DNA of 64,000 nt from a virus. Numbering within the stretch: the first letter of the stretch is position 1; each line of letters begins with the position of its first letter. Shown in pieces: positions 36,601 to 44,227 of the stretch. The stretch lies in IMG/VR virus record IMGVR_UViG_3300027833_000017, one strand, 5' to 3'. Both the position numbers and the translations under genes were made by a program. The notes beneath the pieces were generated by a model. The model was not told the DNA's origin. It searched no databases and saw nothing but the letters and a program-made list of their open reading frames with translations.

Positions 36601-36686
36601 CTAAAGAAGTTAGAGACGAAGGACATGATAAAGAGCTAAAGGAACAGAATCACTTTGATCAATCACATAGAAATAACAATATATAA
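33678..36686 (+). CDS. Large modular putative internal head polyprotein (~1002 aa)
   Basis: Start MSNFNDFL; many ES..(N/T)E linkers; termini (AYKEMPGD..KTSKH and RRGMAAWKTGHRPGA..QWGYARVN) resemble two halves of a DUF5824-like domain. Confidence 0.65.
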   Translation: MSNFNDFLGAQAAKLNMTREEYTSYYLSEAKPGPKPYHRGLDDNEIEDKKDQIKKQSDMDDDDSDAYKEMPGDKEARKKGEVKTSKHVKKYHELYGDKKDESVDEATFRPNSGTMSGGTYNLDNRKYELKKDVEGVQIGNYTNIVLPKGTIIYNIPGGVFADHSSLKRYENRSNKYFNKSTFKGISIIRKKETIFSIDKNSKILESFESFKNEKLDKSFDIDSAIVANEGLSKSAIKKMVKVIDKQIDTETGGDGEPLDNETLQALEQERERLLAMNEGKTISSSKISMMGAKILNKINIGTIFDTEDGEYEITDYGRQANAFKEFEAEHNGKKVKVKLTAMYGVTLEVTDDVRSARFNKEVRLNSIILESANEATSVESVVNEFYFENDEEERLQKFVDQLSFGDELEYRDGFSTGRGSFPNTRELKKELDSNFQLLLTQKSGRNWDLYVGSDDLVFLIQPDLGAKNYIQISISSTKEQWNDESNVFARSNGYLVYESVVTEAKEEPIVALLKLGLFASKGTGEKELLRLSDDFEEIGDEQADEIASHLNMAIELFQDGYSKAAVPHFKKFNKACKDELALMKKQGLAESEVNEEKIKYAKGKTYQSSGHWTVVVDSNSSGLDIRVNHSAGWRLDPHDEKEETFELLDNGRQRATLYFKSGNIDKFAKQMFDLNDRTTHGNATKLTAKDYADIIRVWIDMRKANEGNYNLEDIYDLISHHRFNKDYEKLSSKDKEWIQNDAEERGFVESLSPRFFNSLLKTLNEDLITESRVPNFKFGKKLQYNTDDINQMYGFWGTLDVHMDSYEIEEIWNDVWGILTKGWKFSDAGALYYLNAKAGRWLADKVWNDINSQISQPDAIDMILSDYARPSKWKAWAKEYNEFAQEELAECVILEKAEGDRGPINDPKIEKALKTKSEETGVPIGIIRIIMRRGMAAWKTGHRPGATEQQWGYARVNAFLTKGKGTWGDADKDVAKEVRDEGHDKELKEQNHFDQSHRNNNI

Positions 36687-36689
36687 TAC

Positions 36690-37376
36690 ATGAAGTACAT
36701 TAAATTGTTTTTAGAATCTGAAGTCAGAGATGATGATACTTACAACGATTATCCAGAAGCAGCAAAGAAAAATGCTCAAATGGCTATCGATTGGAAAGAA
36801 AAGCATGGTCGTGAAGAAGTTGATGCTGGAACTGCAGTTGGTTGGGCAAGAGCACATCAATTAGCTAAAGGTGAAAACATATCTGGTGATACAGTAAAGC
36901 GTATGGCTTCATTTAATAGACATAGAAAAAATTCATCTATTAAGCCAGAATTAAAAGAAACTCCATGGAAAGATAAAGGTTATGTTTCTTGGTTAATATG
37001 GGGCGGAGACGAAGGAGTTGATTGGGCAATGGAACTATCAAAAAAGATGGGTAAAGTTGAAGAAATGGTTAACGTTTTATCTTTAGATCAATTTATTCTA
37101 GAGAAAAAGAAGAGTAAACCAAAAAGTGATAAACAAAAAATAAAAGATCTTACTAAAAAACAAAAAGGTTTATCTAAGAAGAACAAAGATTTTGTTGAAC
37201 TGATAAATAAAAAATCTAAAGATAAATCAAAAGAACCTGCTGATAAAATAGAAACTGCATTATTAAAATCACAAATGCAACAAACTTCTGTTGATGGCAT
37301 GAAAATAGCTGTTCAAAAAAATCAATTAGCACTAAAGGCGAAACTCAAAACAGTAAAAAAAAGGTCTAAGGCATAA
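36690..37376 (+). CDS. Putative internal head protein
   Basis: MKYIKLFLES; phage domain YNDYP..GTAVGWARA.QLA..TVKRM.SF..WGG; second motif VLSLDQFILE before a Lys-rich tail. Confidence 0.65.
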   Translation: MKYIKLFLESEVRDDDTYNDYPEAAKKNAQMAIDWKEKHGREEVDAGTAVGWARAHQLAKGENISGDTVKRMASFNRHRKNSSIKPELKETPWKDKGYVSWLIWGGDEGVDWAMELSKKMGKVEEMVNVLSLDQFILEKKKSKPKSDKQKIKDLTKKQKGLSKKNKDFVELINKKSKDKSKEPADKIETALLKSQMQQTSVDGMKIAVQKNQLALKAKLKTVKKRSKA

Positions 37377-37382
37377 ATCGAT

Positions 37383-37865
37383 ATGAAATACATAAAATTA
37401 TTTGAATCATTTGTAAATGATAAAGAAATCAAAGCCTGGGAAAAAGATAATGGCAAATTACCAATTCCTAAGAAAATCCTAGAGATAACTAAGGGTATGG
37501 CAAAAGAAGGTTTTATTAGAAAAGACACTAAGGCGGTCCAAGCTAAATTATGGATTGGATTAGAAGGGATTTCATGGATAGAAATGAAACAAAAGTTTGG
37601 AGAAACTGTAGGTAAATTTTACGGTGGAGATTTTTATAATGCAATGACAAACCCTATGGCAGAAAAAGCCGCGTATTATGCATATGAAGTTTCAAAACAC
37701 GTGAGTGATATGGTTGCTAATGGAGAATCAGTAGAACCTGCATACTATTTAATGAAAGAATACTTTAATAATTTTGGATTAAGTATTAACAGAAATAGAC
37801 TTTTTGATAGAGCAGAAAGTGAATTATCAACTTGGATGAAAAACAATAAAATAGAAACACTATAA
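37383..37865 (+). CDS. Putative internal head protein
   Basis: MKYIKLFESFVN N-terminus. Confidence 0.65.
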   Translation: MKYIKLFESFVNDKEIKAWEKDNGKLPIPKKILEITKGMAKEGFIRKDTKAVQAKLWIGLEGISWIEMKQKFGETVGKFYGGDFYNAMTNPMAEKAAYYAYEVSKHVSDMVANGESVEPAYYLMKEYFNNFGLSINRNRLFDRAESELSTWMKNNKIETL

Positions 37866-37900
37866 TATACTAAGATATATAATAAAAATAACAACACAAC

Positions 37901-38395
37901 ATGGACAAAAAAATATTATCATTCGAAGAGTATGCTGCTAATAAAAATCTAGCGGATACGGATAAGTTAGCTGAAGACGAAATCGAAATCAAAGTAGATG
38001 GAGAGTATGAAATTGAAGTAGAAAAAGAGGACGAAGACGAAAAAGAAACTGAAACTGAAGAAGAAACTGAAGACGTTGAAGAGGCTGAAGAAGTTGAAAA
38101 AGAGGAAGAGGTTGTAAAGGCAGTTTCAGAAATGATGACAGAAGCATATGAGTCTGCTGTCAAAGAAGCATGTGACTATGAAGGAGATGACTATCCTGAC
38201 CACACAGTAGAGTCTTACCTTAAAGAAAACGCAACATTAACTGCAACATTAGTTGCTCAGTCAGCAGAAGATGCGAACGCTGAGATACATGGAGAAGGAC
38301 TTACTAAAGAAATGTACGAAGCATGTCTAAACGGTATCAAAGAAGCTTACAATAAAAAGATTGATGAGCTTAAAGAAATGTACGAAGCAAAATAA
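37901..38395 (+). CDS. Highly acidic putative head core/scaffold-type protein
   Basis: MDKKILSFEEY; Glu-rich; GATATATA at 37874-37881. Confidence 0.6.
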   Translation: MDKKILSFEEYAANKNLADTDKLAEDEIEIKVDGEYEIEVEKEDEDEKETETEEETEDVEEAEEVEKEEEVVKAVSEMMTEAYESAVKEACDYEGDDYPDHTVESYLKENATLTATLVAQSAEDANAEIHGEGLTKEMYEACLNGIKEAYNKKIDELKEMYEAK

Positions 38396-38412
38396 TCCAA
38401 GTATCATCGGAT

Positions 38413-38439
38413 TAAACTTTTTAAAGGGTTCATGTATAA
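38413..38439 (+). promoter_or_regulatory. Putative middle promoter TAAAC-N17-TATAA
   Basis: Exact 17-nt spacer; -10 box lies at the loop of the terminator hairpin. Confidence 0.55.
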
Positions 38440-38455
38440 TACATGGACCCTTTTT
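38423..38455 (+). terminator. Intrinsic terminator
   Basis: aaagggttcatgta-taa-tacatggacccttttt. Confidence 0.8.
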
Positions 38456-38469
38456 ATTTAAGAGACAAT

Positions 38470-38976
38470 ATGCCTAGAATTCCAGTAGAATTAATATACA
38501 TGCAAATGGCTTATCAAATAGCCAAATTATCTTACGCTAAACGCAGGCGCGTTGGATGTATTATTGTAAAAGATACTCAGATTATATCAACAGGTTATAA
38601 CGGTACACCATATGACTTTGATAATGATTGTGAAGAGGAACAAATCAGGTATGTAGATAATCCTGACCACATGCAGATACTAATTGAAAAAGGATATGAA
38701 TGCGAAGGTGTGTGTTGTTCCAAAGAGGTAACTAAACGAGAAGTATTACATGCAGAATCAAATGCTTTGGCAAAAATCAGTAAATCTACTCTTTCTTCTG
38801 AAGGAGCAGACATGTACGTGACTACATGTCCATGTTTTGACTGTGCAAAATTAATTATTCAATCAGGTATTAAGCGAGTATTTTATTCAGAAGACTATAG
38901 AGATATGGGTGGAGTAGAATTATTAAGGAAAGCTGGTATCGAAGTAAATGAAGTTATATGTTGGAACGATCTATAG
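38470..38976 (+). CDS. dCMP deaminase
   Basis: VGCIIV, GYNG, HAESNA, PCFDC; likely start MPRIP at 38470. Confidence 0.92.
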   Translation: MPRIPVELIYMQMAYQIAKLSYAKRRRVGCIIVKDTQIISTGYNGTPYDFDNDCEEEQIRYVDNPDHMQILIEKGYECEGVCCSKEVTKREVLHAESNALAKISKSTLSSEGADMYVTTCPCFDCAKLIIQSGIKRVFYSEDYRDMGGVELLRKAGIEVNEVICWNDL

Positions 38977-40688
38977 ATCAAATTATTCAAAGAACATTAG
39001 ACGAAAATGTATTTGGAAAATCCTTTACATTTAGAAAAGGACAAAGAGAAATTGTTACTAAGATATGTGAAACATATTTAGAAGATCCAAAATCAACATT
39101 AGTTATTGACGCACCCACTGGTGCTGGTAAATCACTTATAGCGATGTGGTCAGCACATGTATTAAAAGAACTTGGTAATAGAGGTTATATGGTTACTAGC
39201 GACCTGAGTCTCCAAGATCAGTATGAGTCTGACTTTTATAAATATGGATTACGATGGCCATCAATTAAGGGTGTTGATAATTATGAATGTTCCGTTAATG
39301 GTTTGCCATTTTCACTCGGAGATTGCAAACTAAAAGGAATGGGATATGAACAAGCAGAATCTTTGTCATGTTATGGATCATGTGAATACCTTCAGAATAG
39401 GCGGCGAGCAATAGATCAACCAGTCTCATTATTAAATTATTCTTTTTGGTTAATTCAAAGAAATTATGTTGAAGCCAAAATGGAACAAGAAGAAAGAACA
39501 ATCCCATTTGAACAACGTGATTTTGTTTTCTTTGACGAAGCACATAGAGTTGATGATATAGTTCAAAGTCATTTTAGTCCTAGAATAGATCAGACTATTG
39601 TAGATAAAATGGTAACTTTAAATAGATTTGCAAGTAGACAAGGATTTCAAGAAGCCACATACACGAAAAATAAAATACAACATCTCGTAAATGAAATGAT
39701 GTCTGGAGATAAACATGACGTGTTTTCGGCCATGAGTGAATTTGAAAGAATATTGCATGGTTTTGGTAAAGTTAGAAAGGTTGCTAATAAATTAGCTAAG
39801 AGAAGATATGGAAATACTGGAGTACCAAAAGATTGGCAAACTTCATTTGGACATTTTGATAGACTTAAGGACGTTCATTGTAAAGTTGAAGATTATTTGA
39901 GTTTAATCAAAGAAGTTGGAATCGATAAAATGGTTTTAGATCAAAATGAACATGAAGCAAAATTCATGTGTGTAGAAGAAAGTTTAATGATTAACAAATA
40001 TTTGCACGAGAAGGCTGACTTTAAAGTTTTTATGAGTGCAACTATCGGAGATCCTAAAGCATTTATTAAAATAATGGGAATTAAGAATGCTAAGTTTATC
40101 AGAATGGACAACGTGTTTAATTATGATAAATCTCCTATTGTGTTTGTTAATAGACATAAGCTTTCTTTTAGAGAAAGAGAAAAAAGTCTACCTAAAGTTG
40201 TAGAAATATTAGATCAGATTATATCTAAACATAAAGGCCAACGCGGCGTTATACACACCGGATCTTATGCATTTACTAATTTTATAAAACAAAATTCTAA
40301 ACACACATTTAGACTTATGGATTATGAAAACTCCAAAGAGAAATCGGTAATGTTAGATTTATTTAAAAAGAAAGAAGGTGCTGTATTAATGGGACCGTCG
40401 TTATTAGAAGGTTTAGATTTAAAAGATGATATTAGTAGATTTCAAATATTCTTTAAAGTTCCATACCCATCATTAGGTGATCCTTTAATTAAAGCTAAAA
40501 TGCAAACGTCAAACGAGTGGTATGATTGGAAAACTGGAATTAGTATTATGCAAGGTGTTGGAAGGTCTGTAAGAAATGAAAATGACTGGGCAGTGACCTA
40601 TGTTTTAGATGCGTGCTTCAGGAGTTTGATATATAAACCAGGGTTCTTTCCTCCAAGTTTCACAGAGAGGATTAAGACTATAAAATAA
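38958..40688 (+). CDS. DinG/XPD-family helicase
   Basis: APTGAGKS, Fe-S Cys cluster, FDEAH, MSAT, EGLD, KVPYP, QGVGRSVR. Confidence 0.9.
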   Translation: MLERSIDQIIQRTLDENVFGKSFTFRKGQREIVTKICETYLEDPKSTLVIDAPTGAGKSLIAMWSAHVLKELGNRGYMVTSDLSLQDQYESDFYKYGLRWPSIKGVDNYECSVNGLPFSLGDCKLKGMGYEQAESLSCYGSCEYLQNRRRAIDQPVSLLNYSFWLIQRNYVEAKMEQEERTIPFEQRDFVFFDEAHRVDDIVQSHFSPRIDQTIVDKMVTLNRFASRQGFQEATYTKNKIQHLVNEMMSGDKHDVFSAMSEFERILHGFGKVRKVANKLAKRRYGNTGVPKDWQTSFGHFDRLKDVHCKVEDYLSLIKEVGIDKMVLDQNEHEAKFMCVEESLMINKYLHEKADFKVFMSATIGDPKAFIKIMGIKNAKFIRMDNVFNYDKSPIVFVNRHKLSFREREKSLPKVVEILDQIISKHKGQRGVIHTGSYAFTNFIKQNSKHTFRLMDYENSKEKSVMLDLFKKKEGAVLMGPSLLEGLDLKDDISRFQIFFKVPYPSLGDPLIKAKMQTSNEWYDWKTGISIMQGVGRSVRNENDWAVTYVLDACFRSLIYKPGFFPPSFTERIKTIK

Positions 40689-40698
40689 AACCAAATAC

Positions 40699-41634
40699 AT
40701 GAAAACAATTAAAAGATTAGCGGCAATTTTATCACTATTCCTATTAACATCATGTGGTGTTAACTGGCAAGTAGCAACACTAAACCACGATCCAATATAT
40801 GATGATGAAAATTATATAGTAGTATCAGGTGATGTGGAGGTAGATACATTAAATGCGTTTCAATTTAGAAATAAACTGAGAACCGACATAGGTTTTAGAT
40901 TGGACTTTGCACGCTATGCATTGAGTCAACCGAGATCATTTGATTGGAATAACAGACTACTAGGAAGATATTATGATTCTAGATGGAATTCTTATTATTG
41001 GAATAGAGATCAAATGTGGAATGATTGGGCTTGGGGTTATACAGGCTGGAATTCTTGGGGTCAACCTCATCGATGGTCACCATTTGGATATGATAGATGG
41101 GGATATAATATGCATTACGGCTGGAACAATCACGGATGGGGATATAACAACTGGATGGGCAATGTTCATTATGGAAATGGTTGGAATAACTATTATGGAA
41201 ATGGTTGGAATAACTATTATGGAAATGGTTGGAGACGCACGAACACCGCATATATCTACGGTAGAAGAGGAACTACAACTACAAGAAATGGTAGAGCACA
41301 TGCTTCTATGATAGAATCTACTAAAAGAACTACAAAACAGAGAAGAGTTATTAGTACTCCTAAGTATACGCCTTCTAGAAAGACAGTTACACCAATTAAT
41401 AACAATAACACTACACCGATTAATAACAATACAAAACCTAGAGTTATTAGAGAAAAGCCGAGAGTGCCAGTTATTAGAAACAATAATAGACCTCCTGTAA
41501 TTAGAAACAATAACTCAAGGCCTGTAATTAGAAACAATAACACAAGGCCTGTATATAACAACAGTACACGACCTACAAATAATTCTAGATCAACAACTAG
41601 AAGCAGCGGGTCTAACAACAGAAGAGGTAACTAA
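40699..41634 (+). CDS. Lipoprotein with W/Y/G-rich and R/N/P-rich low-complexity regions
   Basis: Signal peptide II with lipobox LTS-C; YGNGW x3; PVIRNNN x3. Confidence 0.75.
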   Translation: MKTIKRLAAILSLFLLTSCGVNWQVATLNHDPIYDDENYIVVSGDVEVDTLNAFQFRNKLRTDIGFRLDFARYALSQPRSFDWNNRLLGRYYDSRWNSYYWNRDQMWNDWAWGYTGWNSWGQPHRWSPFGYDRWGYNMHYGWNNHGWGYNNWMGNVHYGNGWNNYYGNGWNNYYGNGWRRTNTAYIYGRRGTTTTRNGRAHASMIESTKRTTKQRRVISTPKYTPSRKTVTPINNNNTTPINNNTKPRVIREKPRVPVIRNNNRPPVIRNNNSRPVIRNNNTRPVYNNSTRPTNNSRSTTRSSGSNNRRGN

Positions 41635-41645
41635 AATAAAATAAC

Positions 41646-41876
41646 ATGGGATTTAATAAACTATACTTACCAGAGGTAGATAGACTCAAAGAACAATTAG
41701 AAAATTTAGGTGAAATAGAATTTGGTAAACATTGGCTAAGACGATTTCAAAAGTCTGACGCCACTATTGGATCAAATGAATCACACGCGTTTATTAAACC
41801 TTTTACAGATTTCGCATATAATGAATACAAACAAATATTTGTAAAAAATGAAATGGATACAGATATTAATAAATAA
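41646..41876 (+). CDS. Hypothetical protein
   Basis: 76-aa ORF starting MGFNKLY. Confidence 0.6.
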   Translation: MGFNKLYLPEVDRLKEQLENLGEIEFGKHWLRRFQKSDATIGSNESHAFIKPFTDFAYNEYKQIFVKNEMDTDINK

Positions 41877-41880
41877 AATC

Positions 41881-42480
41881 ATGAGCAAAAAAGAAACGAA
41901 TCAATTTTATGTTTGGGTTAAATCAGAAAGATCGGGTGAAGTTGTAGAAATATCTGAAATTCAAACAGATAAAGAGTGGTTAGAATTTACGGATGGTACT
42001 AGGTGTAACATGAATGTTGTTGCAGAATTTTTACTTCCAGCCGCTGATATAGATCAAGCACATCAAATAGCAAAAGATTTTGGTGGAATTGTATCTGAAA
42101 ACACAGAATCTGCAAGACCAGTAAGGCCAAGAAGAGATGCTGAACCTGAAGCTGCAAGGCCAGTAAGACCAAGAAGAGATGCTGAACCAATAACTGAGAT
42201 TAATGTGATGCAAGAGATGCTCAAAAAAATGAGTGCAAAAAATACGGCATCCATGCCTGTTAAAATAAATATTCCTTCTAAAGAAATATATGCATTGCTT
42301 AAAGATCAAATGGACATTACTAAAAAGGACTTAAACAGCCAAATTGAAGCGCTCGTAGAAGATCAGATAGATAACCTAAGAGAGCAATTAAAAGAACAAA
42401 TCGAATCATTTATTAATAATTATTATAATGGAAGAACAAACAACACAAGCACAAAAGACAGAGACTCAAGCGATTCCTAA
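41881..42480 (+). CDS. Hypothetical protein
   Basis: Tandem ARPVRPRRDAEP x2; alternative start at 41848. Confidence 0.6.
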   Translation: MSKKETNQFYVWVKSERSGEVVEISEIQTDKEWLEFTDGTRCNMNVVAEFLLPAADIDQAHQIAKDFGGIVSENTESARPVRPRRDAEPEAARPVRPRRDAEPITEINVMQEMLKKMSAKNTASMPVKINIPSKEIYALLKDQMDITKKDLNSQIEALVEDQIDNLREQLKEQIESFINNYYNGRTNNTSTKDRDSSDS

Positions 42481-42841
42481 TCGTAGAGCACGCAGATACA
42501 GATTAAAACAACAAGGTGTATTAAAGTATCTTAGTAAAAGGAATTTCTTAGATCCTATTCGTGCAAACTTTAGAGCTGAAAATATGAAAAACGGTATTAA
42601 TATTCAATCTATAAGAAAAGAAGCTATAGATAAACAATTAGAAGCTGACTTCATGGTTAAATTAGAAAGCATGAAAGAAACTTGGTATGAGATTGGATAT
42701 AATTCTAAAGAAATTGAATTATTAGAAGAGGCTGCAGCTATTCACTTTGCAAAAGATAAATCTACTTGGAAGGATGATAAAAAAGAAGCAAAAGAACTAA
42801 GAAAAAAAGCTAAAGATTCTTTAGCATCTAGAAAACAATAA
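42428..42841 (+). CDS. Hypothetical protein
   Basis: 137 aa; NRRARR motif. Confidence 0.6.
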   Translation: MEEQTTQAQKTETQAIPNRRARRYRLKQQGVLKYLSKRNFLDPIRANFRAENMKNGINIQSIRKEAIDKQLEADFMVKLESMKETWYEIGYNSKEIELLEEAAAIHFAKDKSTWKDDKKEAKELRKKAKDSLASRKQ

Positions 42842-42844
42842 TAT

Positions 42845-43168
42845 ATGTTAAGTATTGGTATTGAGCCCGCAGATAATGGTGTAATAAAAACTCTAGTTGA
42901 TGATAACATCAATGGGGGTGGAGAAGACTTTGAGGCTCGTCAAGTTTATGAATTTGAAGGGCCAATGAAAAGATCAAATCAAGTTAAGTTTATAAAAGAC
43001 TTGATATTTGATTTAGGAATGGACGTAGGAACTGAATTAGATAATGATCTTCTTCAGATATATGTTGGATGGGGTGCACAACACATAAGCACATCTGACA
43101 GCGAAATTAAAAATAAAATCCAAATCTTAGAGAAAGAAATCAAAAGGCTTGGATCCATGTTAAAATAA
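42845..43168 (+). CDS. Hypothetical protein
   Basis: 107-aa ORF. Confidence 0.6.
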   Translation: MLSIGIEPADNGVIKTLVDDNINGGGEDFEARQVYEFEGPMKRSNQVKFIKDLIFDLGMDVGTELDNDLLQIYVGWGAQHISTSDSEIKNKIQILEKEIKRLGSMLK

Positions 43169-43581
43169 TGAATGTAAAAATAGAAGGAGTTTGGTGTAAA
43201 ACAAGGACAGAGTTTGATAAGTTGTCTAAAAAAGGTGACTATGATTTGTCTGTATCTTATTATGATATATTTAATCGTTTGATTAAAAGTGATCCTAATA
43301 ACGCCGAACCTTCTAATGTTATCATTTCTATATACATTAGAAAAAGTATTCAAAAGGTTTTATGGGATTTAGATGCAAAAGATGAACGCGATGATGTTAA
43401 AATTCTTTATATGTTTAAATCCTTAAGTGCAGATACCGTTAATGGTTTCAGAGACTTTATTAACTCTATGGTTGAAGAAGATTGTGAATTAGATTTACTT
43501 GTGGTTAATAGATGCGACTTTCCAAAAACAGGCGTCTTAAGTAAATTTGACAATGTTCGATTCATAGATAACAATGATTAA
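43168..43581 (+). CDS. Hypothetical protein
   Basis: 137-aa ORF; TAATG overlap. Confidence 0.6.
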   Translation: MNVKIEGVWCKTRTEFDKLSKKGDYDLSVSYYDIFNRLIKSDPNNAEPSNVIISIYIRKSIQKVLWDLDAKDERDDVKILYMFKSLSADTVNGFRDFINSMVEEDCELDLLVVNRCDFPKTGVLSKFDNVRFIDNND

Positions 43582-44173
43582 ACACAAACTTTTTTCTAAG
43601 GGTGATCAAATTCATGCCCTTATTTCTACTACACAACAGCCTAACTTATTAATTCCTGTTAGGGCTACAATTTATGATGTAAAGTTTGATGACGTAAACC
43701 CTCAATATCAACTTAGAATTAAAAAGTTCTATGATCCAGTATATTTCTTAAAAAAGAATCTTTTTGGTGGGCGATTTATTAAAAACTTTGAGGGAAAGGA
43801 CACTAAAATAAATTTAAAAAGAGGATTATATTCTACAGTTGCAGATATTGAGAATAACATATTCAATGGTGCTAAATGGAAACAATATATGATTGTAGTT
43901 GACTCTGTATTCTGTACGAGAACTCGGGTTGAACAAGAAAATCTTTTTAATAGAATACAAACCTTCCATGTTGAGATGAAACTGAAAGAGTTATATGAGC
44001 TAGTAAATAGATCTTCATATAGAAATGGTGAATTTTACTGGCACACAAAGGGCGAATACGTAAAATCTTTACAAAAATTTCTAGGAGATAAATATCCTAA
44101 AGATGACAAATGGTCTGATAATCTACTATATAGACCTGATACCGATGAGATGGACAACGTTGAATGGGTATAA
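43574..44173 (+). CDS. Hypothetical protein
   Basis: 199-aa overlapping ORF. Confidence 0.6.
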   Translation: MIKHKLFSKGDQIHALISTTQQPNLLIPVRATIYDVKFDDVNPQYQLRIKKFYDPVYFLKKNLFGGRFIKNFEGKDTKINLKRGLYSTVADIENNIFNGAKWKQYMIVVDSVFCTRTRVEQENLFNRIQTFHVEMKLKELYELVNRSSYRNGEFYWHTKGEYVKSLQKFLGDKYPKDDKWSDNLLYRPDTDEMDNVEWV

Positions 44174-44227
44174 ATATATTATCCTACTACAATAAGTAGA
44201 TATATATAAAAAAAGAAATTCATATTT

